Shown: in pieces, positions 48,265-61,899 of the stretch
How positions within the stretch are numbered: the stretch's first letter is position 1
Layout: each line of letters starts with the position of its first letter
Source: Phallusia mammillata
Taxonomy: Eukaryota
Assembly (NCBI GenBank): GCA_965637545.1
Contig: OZ281499.1
Location: forward strand, 434,001 to 498,000
Reading direction: 5' to 3'
DNA length: 64,000 nt
The notes under the pieces: model-generated
What the model saw: the letters and a program-made list of their open reading frames with translations, nothing else
Told to the model about the DNA's origin: nothing
Database searches by the model: none
Made by a program: the position numbers and the translations under genes

Positions 48265-51080
48265 TCTATCACAACATCACGGATTAAGTTGATTCCGAAT
48301 GAACTTTAACATTATCACACATGCGGGGAACTGTGCAACAAAATATAAACATTTGTAAATTATATCTGCTGTTCGTGAAGCTAGCGATCCACATAAACTG
48401 TTTCAAACTATAAATCGGAAAGACCTGCGTTGTATTTCCTGCAGCAATCATTTGCCTTTCAATAAACTCAAAAACTCGGCTATAAAACTGAATCTATAGT
48501 TTTCCCGCAAACCGGCCCAGCTTCGAGCCCGCTATATACCGGACAAACACCGACTCGCAGTAATTGCTCGCCGGCTATTTGCACATTGTCATAACTTAAC
48601 AACAGTTCGGAATATTGACTGAGATGGTCGACTCTCGCATTGGGAGCTGATGTTTTCACAGCGAAGCTACAAACGATTGAGTTACTACAATCTCATTGTC
48701 CTTTCGCGAGACTAGAGCATTCCTTTGGCACGCGGTTCAGTCGAGACTTGCCACTCTATCTTGTTGTGACGTAACAAAAGCTCATTGTGCGAATCGGCGT
48801 GATTTGAAACTCACTATCTCGGTGGGTTGTATATCTACGTCACGCCATGACGAAACAATTGGAAGCTATTGTGAACGAGAAGTAATTGTGACGTTGCACT
48901 AGTGGTTATTGTGACCCCACAATGCCACTTTCAAGATGTCAGTGACAATTTTTCAAATTAAGATCGAATTCGAAGCAGGTGCTTTCGGGTTTCAATTCAA
49001 AAGTTTTATGTAAATCACAATCAAGTTTTAACTGAAAATAACCCCGAAAGATACAAATTTAGCTTGCTCCCCTAAAGTTCGTTAATCTGCTACGCTGGAA
49101 AACACATTTTAATGGCCATTCAAAATTATTAACCGTGTCATATCTTAAGTACCGCAAATAGTTTATTTAGGTCTTTTTCATTCTCGACGAATGTCTGTCC
49201 TTTGTTTGTGCATTAGCAAATACGTCAATCTTTTTAACACGGTCAATGTTTTGTTAATGTGGTGAGGCATTAACCAATCGACATCGGTTAATCTTTTTTT
49301 CGCCTAATTCAGACAAATTTACTGTGTTTTTACTAATTGTATTTCAGATCTTTAAACGAAAACTGTGGCGCACTCTAACAACGGCTAGCCTTCCCAGTAT
49401 TTCAAGGCCGCAATGGAAACAAGGCTGCCATGATTCAACTTCAAGGCAAGATGCTGTAATTGATGTTTTCATAAACAATTCAATCGTGTCTGCTTATCAG
49501 GTAGCTGGGTGCAGAAGTGCCACGTGTCCAGTCGAAAATAACTTGCGCCAAACTCTTGCGGAAAACATCACAACACCAACTACCGCTAGGTGTAGACAAA
49601 GAGTAGAAAATTGTAGCAGCCTATTTCAGTTGTCCGTTGTTTTGGTTCATGTTATGTAGTGCGGGGGATGCAAACAATAAAAAACCTTCGAAACTTCTGT
49701 AATTAACTTTCTTCAGAACAACACAACCCTAATTCCCGCTTTAAAGACGCCAGAATCAAAACTAACGAAAACCTATATTATAGTTGCAGTAGAAAACGAA
49801 ACATTGAGCAAAATTGATTCTCTAAGGTTTTTGGGTTTGGATTTAGCCACCAGTAGCTAGTAGTGCCGAACTGTGTGAATTAACTGTTCGAGATGTTACG
49901 ATATTACTTAAACAAGATTGTCAAACAATTCAAAGTGGACTTAGCTTGGCGATGTTGAGTGTTCGAGCAGGTGTCGTGCTCGCTATTAATGACGAACAAA
50001 CAGCTTTATTACGGTAAAGTATACACACGCGCGCACGCCAACCCTTGCACGAAGGGCTTAAATCTACAATCACTTTTAGCAGTTTCGGAAGGTGTATCGC
50101 AGTCACCATGTTGTTTAAATTAAGGTTATCAAAGTTTGTTCTTTTGTAAAACAAAGTTATTTACAAGCAAAGTACGTAAATTCATTAGTTTATGCTTAAA
50201 ATGTTAAAGTTTTCCCGAAATATGTAAAATCAATATTTAGGAATCAAGAAGAAAGAAAAAAACAGGTCATTTGTTCATGGCAAAGTAAAATATTTATGTG
50301 TTCAAGCACAATGTAAGTTTCATTTTCAGCGAGTTTCCAGTAAAATATAAGTTCAGGTTTCAGTGGAAATCTTTCGGCTACTTTCAATTGGTAGCTTTGC
50401 AAATTGTTGGCCGAAGTGTAGACTTAAAATGGCCGGTTTCGCAGCTAAAATCGTCGACGGGTAGCGGTGGAAATTTAATAGTAATAGTCGGTTAGTGAAA
50501 TGTCGTGCCAAACCCGATGCCCCTGTAATTTTCACACCCACCCAGCCACAGGAATGCGACGAATTTTGATGAATTGTGAACGGACTCGTCGACCGCAGGT
50601 CAGTGTTTGGTGTTTATGTTCTCACCCTTGGACACATCTGGACTTTGGTTTTGTTTTTCCTCAATTTCACGCACGCATCGATCTTAATATTGTTCCCCAC
50701 GTCCATGGCCGTACATCATTGAATGCGATTTCAGCAGTTAGCTGCGTGTTTGTGCGGCGGAAGGGTTGATCGGAATTTCACTTTGCACAGCTGCGTGTCC
50801 GCGGACCAAGCGACACGGCCTGATATTGTCGTGGAGCGATTAATTTGTTTGCAGTGCGACGCTGCGTGTTTGTTCTCGGGTTTGTAATTACTCTGTAACT
50901 ACAAAGTCGAACTCTGAGAGGTAAATTGCGGAGAACGCGCGCGTTGTAAAGAGTCGGGATTATTTTTTGCGCAAGGGTTTGTAACACGAGTTGGTCGGAG
51001 TTTACAACAAAACAATCACTTTTATTTTAGTGATATTCTGAGGGTTAATAACGGCAAATGACTTTTAACAACCAATAAAA

Positions 51081-51167
51081 TAGTGGTGGGATTCAATTTT
51101 TTGTCATCCGGTCATATTTTTCAGCCGGTTCTGTTACAAAAAGTCCATTGACTGAATCCCACCACTG
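51081..51167. mobile_element. Short hAT MITE, same family as 27216-27382
   Basis: TIR tagtggtgggattca / tgaatcccaccactg; shares ggttctgttacaaaaagtccattgac with the other copy (inverted). Confidence 0.8.
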
Positions 51168-51502
51168 CACGTAACCTGTCACCAGCTGCCCCTGACAGCA
51201 CAGGTGTGAAAACCTCACCGTGAAATCGCTACAACGATGATTGATCCGTAGTTTGTTGTCAGTTCCCTTCCATTTTATTCGTTGTTGTAACTGAGCTCCA
51301 TCGATAACTGTGGCGGAATATCCGGCAAAGTGGCGGTCGTAACACTTCACTAATTTGAATTAATTGATCAACACCTGGCGAGCCGCGAAACATTCAATCA
51401 AACAAAATTTCAATCAAGTGTTTTACGACAAACCTTTCAATCACTCGAGCAAGCTGTTCTTTTATTTTCCGTTTCTCCCTTAAAACTTCCACGCGGTTAA
51501 GC

Positions 51503-51529
51503 AGGTCAAAGTTAGCAGGTCAAAGTTCA
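51503..51529 (+). promoter_or_regulatory. Tandem nuclear-receptor DR1-like elements
   Basis: AGGTCA-a-AGTTAG-c-AGGTCA-a-AGTTCA. Confidence 0.4.
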
Positions 51530-53376
51530 CAAAAGCTTGGAAAATAGATTCTTGAAATTCCACTAAAATTTGGCGTTACACCATTTGGTTCCAAAAATAT
51601 TTGCCAAACTCCACAAAATCAGGCGACCACCACGCATCATTGCGCAAGTAAATGGTCTATTACTAAACATACAATCCATGAAATGACATCTTCACTCCTC
51701 GCAGGAAATAACACATCTACTGTGCTTATGGACTGAGATTTGACCCTTTGCACCTTGTAGCGAGAAAACTTCCGCCATTTTTATTACTGCTTGCATGTCT
51801 CCCAGCGATTTTGCCCATTAAGTCAAAGCGTTGCCGGTGTGAAGCGGGTTTCTGAACCAGCTTTGAGCAGTCAAGTGTGGCAACGTTTTAATGTGATAAT
51901 CTTATGGAAGCAAACTATTAAGCGGTGCAAGGTACAAAACTCCATGCGTTTGACAACAAAACTGTTTACAAGCAAAGTTCCGGACTTGCCAATAACCAAC
52001 AAATAGGAATTGTTCAAAAACTCGTTTTCGGCGCGACAAAGAAGTTTTTATTCGTCAATGAGGTAATTTACCGCCGACTTGATTGAGTCGATTCAAGCCT
52101 TACGGCATTGATGAGCCTCAACGCGGCTTGTGGGTTTAGGAATTAGTGCTTGTATGTCACCTCCGCACAAAATCCCAACCTGGCATCACAACTCTCCGCT
52201 AAAAGGTTTCTGTTGAAACTTGCGACCGCTCAAGCAATGACGTCATATCGCTTTGACGCGGCTAAAAATCGGGGATTACCCCTTGTTAGCACTTCATACT
52301 TTGACGGCACCTGTGCAGGTAGATTGAAAAACCGGTTGCGCTTACATCATTGCATCCGAATCGACATGAAACGGAGAATTTTGCAATCAGGAACTCAAAA
52401 ACTAAATAATGCTGTTCTGCCAAATGTGTTGTTTTAATTCTGACGTTTCAAAGTCAGACTCATTTTTTGTATTTCGAAAAGAATCTTAAAAGTTTGACAA
52501 AACCGTTAAACTCGCGATTTCAACAAGTTCGGTGTCACTATAGCGGTTTATAAGGTAGAACGCATTGGTTTAAGACGCCTAGTAAATATGAACAGGCAAC
52601 CAACAAGCACTTGTAGCTGGTTACTTGCAGTTCGTACAAATTATGCGCTTTTACGATTGTTGATTGGAATAACACACAATGCGCGTTATTCTGCTTGTTT
52701 GTGACATCACCATCATGACAGAGCTGAATGTCTGCGGTGCACGGCTTCACGAAGCAACAATTAATTATTCCGCGCTTGAAGTGGATAATCTGGCGGAGGC
52801 GAGTGAAGCAATTATCACCTTAGCAACCGCGCACAGCTGGTGGATGACGTCACAAGCCGCAATGAGCTCCGCGAGAGCAGGTCGAAGTATTTTGGAACAG
52901 AGCGAAATACGCGCGACCACAAAAAACACAACGGAACCTTAAAAGGAGTAAAAATGTTGCTTGTTGGATCTTAACCGTTAATGTAAGGCGGTTTAATTTA
53001 AATGCTTGCGGTCATCAATTGTCGGGTTAGCCACTCATGTGATATTTCATCTAAATTCATTAAACGTTTGTGGCCTGTTTGCAACATTGTGAAGATGCAT
53101 GTTGTTTTCATTGGTACCGATGCGGTAATTAGGTTCATTGCGATTTCGCTGGTTGAGGGAGAACGCAATGACAAGACTGAAACACATTATACAGCAAGCG
53201 GTTAAGAACAGCGGTTCAACGACATTTATGGACGAATTCCTTACTTAACGATTCAAAACAGTTATTCCTCCCCACTACATAGTAGATGCTGAAGAATAGC
53301 GAAATCCAACAATCTACGAAGTTTAATGGCGAAAATAACGGCCCAAAAAGACGTAAAAAGCGATATGCTTTATAAT

Positions 53377-53414
53377 TCAAACGTTTCGGCGAATGCTCAT
53401 GCCATCATCAGTGA
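53377..53414 (-). ncRNA. Minimal type I hammerhead ribozyme motif (Penelope-like), intact core
   Basis: Minus strand: tca-CTGATGA-t-ggc(atgagcattc)gcc-GAAA-cgt-t-tga, with palindromic ACGT stem III. A decayed relative of the flanking repeat lies at ~56885-57005. Confidence 0.7.
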
Positions 53415-54038
53415 TATGAAGGGACACATTAGTTACACTCATTAAACTTATGAACAGATCCGTATGTAGTGTTCTAATAATTTTAATTCGACATAAAAAT
53501 GTCAAAAACCTTCAGCATATACATTTCGGCTGATTAGCATGGAAGCTCTGTTTTTTATTTCAGATATTGTTGCAGTTAAAAGCAAATCGGCAATTTCCTT
53601 CGCGCAAAAACCACAAAAAACGTTATTTAATTTTCGAGTGACGAACAATGTTGCACGTGACCGCGTTACGCATGAACGGGCACTAGTCGTGCGTGACGAC
53701 TTCCTGAGACAACATTTGATCGAATCGATAAGAAATCTACACAAAAGAGTTGGAATTTGATTGCCGAGTTGGGAGCATGTGAATTGCACGAATATTTTGT
53801 TGAACATTTCGTCGCTTCCTAACGATTCTTTTGTGAAAGTTTTTTTCTACTGAAATGCCGTCACGTTTCAAACCGAGTGTGAAGAAATATTTTTCGAGGG
53901 TTGGCAATAAACTTCCCACATTCACAATTGTGGCAGAATCCTCTATGTCGGGTTCATATAGGTATAGGCTGAAGACGATCGTGCAAAATGTTCCGGAAGG
54001 TGATTGAGTAAAAATGTTGGACTTGATGTTATCTACGC

Positions 54039-54245
54039 CAAGAGTCGGCAACCTTTTTTCTACTGCGGACCGTTTTTGAAACTGAAATATTTTCGCGGAC
54101 CGGCCTACAAAAAACAAAGAATATTCAGCAATTAAAACGCCTAAATAAGTTGATCATCCCCAGGACAGGGGCAAAATGTTTTGGAGTATTTAACCTGAAA
54201 AAGTATAGGGCCCGGTAACGAACACCTCGCGGTTGCCGACTACTG
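54039..54245. mobile_element. hAT (Charlie-like) MITE, 207 bp
   Basis: TIR caagagtcggcaacc / ggttgccgactactg, perfect TSD atctacgc. Same family as 58106-58312. Confidence 0.92.
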
Positions 54246-56778
54246 ATCTACGCGTTATATTACGACGTATAATGTGAAGGCGTAGTTCCATAATAAATTG
54301 TTGGGTTCTTATACATTCAAGTGTAACATTAACCTTTTAACGAACCCTGCAATCATTGTAATCCTGGTTACCGACCCAAATATTAGATAGCAAATTCAAC
54401 AGGTTGGAAAACAACCGATAATTTCTTTATATCTACCATATGACGTCATGTCATCGTGTCATCTTCCCATGACATCAAGTAACCTTTGACCAACATTATT
54501 TTCTCCTAACTTTTGGATTTGAAACAGAGTAATCTACTGTGGCAATGTGAGATAGCGGGGTTGAAACAATGATGAGCTTTAATGTGTGTGTGCATAGCAA
54601 CCGGTGTCTGTGTGACGCCATAATATTGACGTTGTTAGGGTTATTGTTTCTTAGACATGACGTAACACGACTGAGCTGTGGCAAATCTGCGTTGTTAGAC
54701 TAAGAAAAAATCTCTATTCTGGGTAAAAGTTTCGCTTAAAGGAAAAGTCGTAAGGTTTTTTTTTGCACAACAGCTACTAATCGAAATTTCTGCATCTGCT
54801 ATTTTTCACCTGAAATGATTGCTGTGTCTTCGTCAGCGAAATTGACCAAAATTTCCGAATTCCGGTTCGGGCTAATATGTCACATCATTGAGCTCCAAGA
54901 TACCTGAAAATAATGCAAGTTTCATCAATTTTATCCACGGCCTTTTGTACTGTACATTTTGGCAGTGCGCAAACTGATCAATTGCTGAAAGAGGTAGAAC
55001 TTGAGCCTTTTTACAGCAAACTGTGAAACAAATTGTCTTTGAAAACTTTCCAAGTTGTTGTCTTTAAAGTTTTTCCACCTGTTTAGGCTACGCTAAAAGC
55101 AAAATATACGAAGGAATCGGTGACGTTATATTTATAGTTCAGGGGCTTTCCCGTGTAGCCAACATCTGTTAACAAGGAAGTTTCCACAAAGTGATGTAAA
55201 CTTAGCGCGTGGTATCGAGATCGCGACAATACGGGCACATGTGAAGGTTATCAGAAGATCTGAGTCGCTTCGTGAACAGGTGCGTGATGGAAACTGCGAT
55301 AAGACAACACGTGTGAGGGTGCTCGGGTGGATTTGACACGTGAAGGACAATATAACCACGACTTGTTGTGATAAGTTCTGGTCCTTTTCTATTTTGAAGT
55401 TTGTTTATAACTTGGTTTGATTTGCATCAGTTGCCGCCGAACTGCAGCAGCTTTTTACCTCATCTTTGTATTTATAAGTTAGGTACGGATTTGTCCTAAA
55501 ATTTAATTTTGACTTTGTCAATGTTACTGTAGTAGAGTTGATTGTTTTAAACTTGTGTGGGTTTGTCAGTCAATGCTAATCCATTTACCTGATGCATTTC
55601 AAGCAAATGATAAATCCCCCAGCTGCTAGAGTTGCATTGCTTATCAAAATGTTAGATTCTCAATGAAGCAAAGTTTTTTTACAAATCATATTTCGAAGTT
55701 GTTGCAAACAATCTTCTGTTTTTTGGGCGTGTTGAAAAACATTTTGTTTTTACCAACTCGATTTTGGGCTTCCCACCCCGTAGAAGTAGCATAAAAATTT
55801 GAAACAAACAACAATTTTTCTTTACATCGGATTTCGAGCCAACATTAGTGACGCCAGAATCTTCGGGCTTGGAACGCAGCCATTAATTTTTTTCCTGCTG
55901 TGCACGAAACGAGCTTACGTCAGCAATAATGAATCAGAGTTTGTGAAAGTTTCACGTGAAACGACATGAAAGGGTTGGGGCACAAACTTCAGTGTGACTT
56001 CACCGACCTCAGTGCGGGAATCCATCATTTAAAAGTTGGACAGCACTTCCCATGCGGCTGCACTGAGTGGCCGCGCTCAGCAGGAGGCTGAAATGTTTAA
56101 AGGAACCAGACTGTGGGTTGGTTTGCGAGAAACTAATAACTAAAACGTTTCCTGCACGATGTTCGCATAAGTTAGAGAAACGTGAAAAGATTGTTTCTTC
56201 CTAATGGCCGCTTTGTTTGTTAGTAGCGATTGAAACATAATGCAAGCTATTTTTGCATTTTTCCGATTTGAGCTTTAGAAATAAATAGAGTTGTTCGTCA
56301 TTCATGACTGTGTAAGTGTAGAACGTTAAACCGAGATTAAACCGTGGTCCACCATTTTTCGCGGGCTATAACGTTCTATAATGTTGCGCAACTCATTTTT
56401 TTCAAAACTTGGGATTTTTTGATCCATTGGCTTAATGAAATCTGATCAAAGGGATTCATCAGATATACAAGTGCAGTCTGGAATGTGTATTGTTGGAACT
56501 TTGAACAACTGAGGGGCTAATTGGAAAGAAATCCCTGCTTTGTCTGATCCAATGTTTCGACTTTACTTAAAAGCCTCGAAATCCCTCCGCAAATCCGCGT
56601 GTCGAACGGGAAATCGCGTTAACGCGCCCCGGATTGTTTCGTCACAATGCAAGATAATGCAAAATATATTTGTTAGCAAGAAAATCCCGACGTCAGTCGA
56701 AATTCTCACATCAACCACGTGCGTTTCAAGGTCGTGGGAGGGTGACCTTGGGCGTCACGCGGTAACAAAACTTTACAG

Positions 56779-56798
56779 GGGTCAGAGGTCAAGGTTCA
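56779..56798 (+). promoter_or_regulatory. Triple nuclear-receptor half-site array (overlapping DR1s)
   Basis: GGGTCA-g-AGGTCA-a-GGTTCA, with TGACCTTG about 35 bp upstream. Confidence 0.45.
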
Positions 56799-58105
56799 GG
56801 TGTGACAGCTGATAGGTTCGGAAACAAGCGATCCACGCGACGAGGCTGGGCGTGAAACAAAACGGGTAAAACACATTAAACCTGATATAGATGAAGAATA
56901 TTCTCCATAAGTTTAATGATGGAAAAGAACGGCCAAAAGGAGACTTAAAAAGAGACATGCTTTATAGTGGCCTATATAAAAAAAAAACTGAACAAGCGTT
57001 TTGCCCACCAGTACGTCATGAGCGCTGCAGGGCTTCTTCCGAGTAATGAAGCGACCACAACAAGCGAAAATGCACTAGCGCAGCGGGATAAGTTGATTCA
57101 AAACTGACTTGACTTTGTTTATTGTTGTGCAAAAGTAACAAATACCATTCCTTACCAAATTGAAATCAAAAGTTGTGTTGCAGCGCAGAAATGCAAGTAA
57201 ACTTCTCAAATTTAACAACCTTTACTCGGAAACCACCACATTTTGTTTGTTGGAAATGTCGCGCATGTTCGTGCAGCAACTCGACTAAAAAAGATCGACA
57301 CAAAGCCAGGTTGAATTCTTGCTCCAGAGAATCCATCAACACCGACTCTAGTTCATTATTTGGCCTCAGAATCCATCAAAACAAAATCTGAATGCGCCAT
57401 TTGGAAACAGTTTCTACTGACAAGGCCCAACCCTAACCCGGGCTCCGCTGCGCCGAAACCTCCAGTAAATCACGTTTTATTTCGGAAGGTCGACACAAAT
57501 TCGCCGCGCCGTTGACAATGGGTTTGCGCCGGGGAAAGAGGGGACAACTTGTCGCTGCCCCGTCCCTTAAGCCCAGTAGCTAGTTTCATGTTTGTATAAA
57601 AGGTGTAGCATCTTGAAGTAAAGTGATTCACGGTTTAACAATTGTTTTAAGCAACCAAACCCCAAGACTGGTCAATCGCGTCATCACCGCTTTTTCGGAC
57701 GAAAGCATTTCTTGGCTCATGACCACGTGACTGTGCGAACGTGACCTTGTATCCAAGGTGGTCCACCGCCTGGTACTTTCCCAAATCAATTTCCAGCTGA
57801 AAGTTCGAATGATGGAGGCCTCGAGCACGCGAAATATTTCGGTTATTTGATTTCTCGTGATATTTGCGCGATTCTGTGGCTTTCCCGAACTTTTCCTGTC
57901 CGACCACGCTCGGTGGGCATCAAAGACTTCGGGATCGCGTCGCTCAAAGCACAGGATGCGAATAATTTCGTTCAACATTCGCTTCGCCTTCGCTGTCACC
58001 GCGTCCGGACTCTGTCACGCAACCCAGCCGAGATTCATCATCGCGGGGTAAAGGAGCCCTAACTCACTAGCCCCTATTTTCCCGCAAAGACCCAATCGAC
58101 TAGGC

Positions 58106-58312
58106 CAGGGGTCGACAACCTTTTTTGCACTGCGGACCATTTTTGAAACTAAAATTTTATCGCGGACCGGCCTTCAATAAACAAAGAATATTCAACAATA
58201 AAACGCCTAAATTAGTTTATCATCCCCGGGATACAGGGGAAAAAAGTTTTGGAGTATTTATCCTGAAAAAGTAACGGGCCGGTAACAAACTCCTCGCGGT
58301 TGCCGACCACTG
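58106..58312. mobile_element. hAT (Charlie-like) MITE, 207 bp
   Basis: TIR caggggtcgacaacc / ggttgccgaccactg, TSD gactaggc/gtctaggc. Colinear with 54039-54245. Confidence 0.92.
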
Positions 58313-59423
58313 GTCTAGGCAAACCAATTTACTGCACATGTTTTATGGGGTAAATTGACCTGTTCTACCAATGTATGGTTACAATGCATATACCCCAAAG
58401 ACCCAATCGACGAGGCTCAGCAGCTTACAATACATGTTTACGGGTTAAAATTAAACATCCCTCAGCAAACGCGCGCACAGCAAAAGCTTCAACCCCCGCT
58501 ACTCGGCCCATCCAGTCTCGATCATCGCAGACATAATTATCCATCATCACCCCAACCCTCCCTCGGTCGTATAGAAATCGAGTTTCCGGTTTCTGTTGAA
58601 ATTTCGCGGTCCAAACGTCGTCGAAATGTCGGCGTTTATTTCACCCATCGTCACGGATCAGTGCGCACGTGGGCATGTCCATTGTGACGTCAGCTTCCCG
58701 AATATTCGGAGTAAATTTCCTCGCATACGTCACACTATGTGTTAGGAGTAATAACGCGTAAAAAGTTTGTTGGAATCCCGTATTTTCTGGCGACAAGTTT
58801 TTGTTTTTCCTGGTTGGTGGAAAACGTGTTATTTGACAACAGCGAAACGTCGCTTATTTATCTTAAAAGGACTTAAACAAGATTTGAAATCTATTTGTTT
58901 TCCGCCATTTGATCGATTAAATGCGAAAATTGTCATAGAAACGGAGTAAAGATTGAAATACTGCTAATATTTCACTCCACTTCATGTTTGCGTAATTCGT
59001 GGTTATAACGGCAACTTAACCAAGTTTGAACTTTACCCAGCAAACATTAACGGAACAAACACGATGTAAATTTTCCACTGCACCTGTTCCTGTTGTTTGT
59101 ATGCCACTTGCTGTAGCAGAACCACAATACCGAAACTATCTGACAGTTGGGCAGACGGTTTCCATCCAATTTCTCTCGCCCATTTGTTCATTAACATTTA
59201 ACTCAATTTGCAATGGTCGAATATTCAATTTGGTCGTGCCTTTTTTGCTGATGTCAGCAAATGATTATCACATTAACACCGTCCCAGGGGAAATTAAAAC
59301 CAGCGTAATGTGGTGAAAAAAAAGCGCTGTACAAGACTCAAGCTAGTTCCCGAGCGAGCTATGGCCAGTTAAGCGTGCAACTAAAATGTTATGAACGCAA
59401 ATTCCACATGCAAGGGTTAGTAG

Positions 59424-59722
59424 CAGAGTTCGGGTTCGGGCTTAGGTTTCTTCGAAAAAGGGCCTGATTCGGGCTTGACTTTACATTTTGTGTCAGTATT
59501 TATTTGAAAATTTAACGAGCTAAGTTGCCAGTTGCTGGACTTGACCTAATGTCAAACAGCCCTAAAACACCTTGTTCAAGACCAATTGTCTATTGTGTTT
59601 GTTGTCTTGGTCTTTCCTGAAGCTTTAATATATAGGTCTGTCAATCAAACTTTCGGGTCCAAACGGGCTTCTCAAAAACGATTCGGGTTCTGGCTCCAAT
59701 TTCAGGCCCGTTTACAACTCTG
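59424..59722. mobile_element. Degenerate hAT-like MITE with ttcggg subterminal motifs
   Basis: cagagtt...aactctg ends, with an imperfect TSD gttagtag/cttggtag. Confidence 0.6.
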
Positions 59723-61853
59723 CTTGGTAGTGAACTTCCACAGGCGCACAACCTTGATTCAGTGGCCGCAGCTGGTACGGGTTTAAACATCACACACAGG
59801 CAAAGCTGATATGTCGTGATTTATCGTCGGCATGGCGTGGAACTGACAGAGCCCGTGCGCCGAACAAATGGGATCAAAGCTTCGATCGAGGTTTGCAATG
59901 AGAGGGACGCTCGTTAAAATTAATCCGCACACACACAGTCGGGCTCAATGCATTCCAACCCGTGCTTTTCCTGGCAGCAAGTGTAAGTCAGCGGGATACA
60001 CAGTTTGCCCACAACAGCAAACCGAGTCTATTTGTAATCGTTGTTTAACCTGCTTGCCACTTGCACCACCAGCTCACTGCTGGCAACAATAACGTGCTGG
60101 CGAGCGGAGAATGTGTTTTAGACAGAATTCACGCAGCGCTAAACAATTCACAAGTGCATGAGGAAAAAAGGGGGAATCGATGTAGTGGCGTTTTAACATG
60201 CCGCAGTTCCATGTACTGGAATCATTTCAATATTGGCGAAGCCATGAAAACCGGAACAAGGTCTGTGATGAGGCAGTTGAGTAAGGGGGCTGAATGAGGT
60301 GCTTTGAAATTAGGCTTCGTACTAACTGAATTCTTTGTGTCGGGCCGCCGCCGTATTTGAGTGTTTGAAGAGCTGGTGAGCGCCCGACACTTCATTCCAA
60401 CGCTAGTTTCGTTAAGTTCCATTGTAAGGGCACTTGTTTCCAGATGAGCAGCCGGTTTGATCGGGAGGTGTGATGATTTGAACTCCATGTTTAGACTTAA
60501 CGCGTTGTTGGTTAAAACTTTGCCTGATTCCTTATGAAGCCTCATGTTATCAGGTTGTGTGTTGGGAGAAATTAAGCAAAGTCTTGAATGTCTGAGGACG
60601 TTTATAGTTGAAAAGAAATGTAGCAAAGCAAATAGCAGGGGTTCAGCTATTGTTTGAGCCAAGTTATAAGGTGCTGGTGTTGAAAGGGTTGGCAGTTTGA
60701 AAATCTGTTTCTTACCGAGTGAAATATTAACCAGGCCCTTCAGGTTCGCGGCTGGGGCAATGAAAAAGTCAATACGACCGCCACAAACTCATTCCTGCGC
60801 CATTCAAACTTTTATTAACAAGCCGGAGTTTTTGGCGATCACGACGATAAGTTGCTCTGCGTCGCGCCTCGGCTCATTGATCTCAGCTTGTTTTAGATTT
60901 TTATCTTACTCTAAACCGCCATGCACAATTCAGCAACCCCAGTCCGACTTGGGTGAGCGCCGTCATCGTGAACCAACAACAAATTCGGCCGCGATTCGGT
61001 GACGCGAGTCTGGTCAAATTACCAACCTGCCCTGGGGTTCAGGTGGCTGTTGACCGCAACATGACAAGTCGCGTGCATTTGTGTAAGTTTAGTCAAGTGA
61101 TCGACAGTTGTGATGAGGCAACTTCAAATCCCAGGAATAACACACAACATGGGCGCGAAAATAACTTCAACGAAACCTTAAGTGTTAATTCGTGATGGGG
61201 AAATATTTGTGCAAGGGAAGAAGCCTGCGGTTGTGGCAACGCAGCCATTTGGAACCTCGGCATCTGGGTCGGGCGGAGATAGTAGGAGATAGGCGGCCAG
61301 TCCACACCTGTGTGCGATATATCAGCATCGATTTATTTGTAAGCCGAGCCCCGTGTCGTGGGTAAATGTATGAGAGCAAGGTTGTAGCAAACCTGCGTTA
61401 ATCTGTCGACTTTTTCACGTGCTGCTCTTGTTTTGTGCGCAAGCCCAACACGCCGCAGGCTAATTAACGTCTTCACAAGTTTCAGGCAAATCGCATTTCA
61501 GGCAAATCTCTCTGTCAGACGTTGTATACTGGAGTGAAATCTAACTGCTGCAGGTTGTGGCCGTTCCACACCAAAGTAGCGACCGGTTGAAGTTTAATTC
61601 AGAGGCATTTCCGCTTCAAGACAAGTTTGTGAAACGACAGAGTGTCATAAGTTCAGCAAAACCTCAGAGAAAAGTTGTCCGTTGTAGTTTAACGTTGTTT
61701 ATATGTGATGTAAGTTGACTATACACAGTCAACTTGAACACCGTATTATCACAAAATAGAGAGATTCGTCAAAAGTTTTTAATGGACGCCCGTAACCAAA
61801 CCAACGTCAGTTGTAAAAAGTGTCCACAGTGAGCTGTACCAGAGCTGTTGCAG

Positions 61854-61854
<1 letters not shown>

Positions 61855-61899
<45 letters not shown>
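61855..61899 (+). repeat. (GTT)15 microsatellite
   Basis: Perfect trinucleotide run. Confidence 0.97.

Noticed and set aside
48724-48742. miR-124/miR-96-like tttggcacgcggt
   Set aside because: Short partial match with no supporting hairpin.
57628-60662. ORFs of 123 aa (57628-57999) and 146 aa (60222-60662)
   Set aside because: No recognisable domain or convincing splice context; such lengths are expected by chance in higher-GC DNA.
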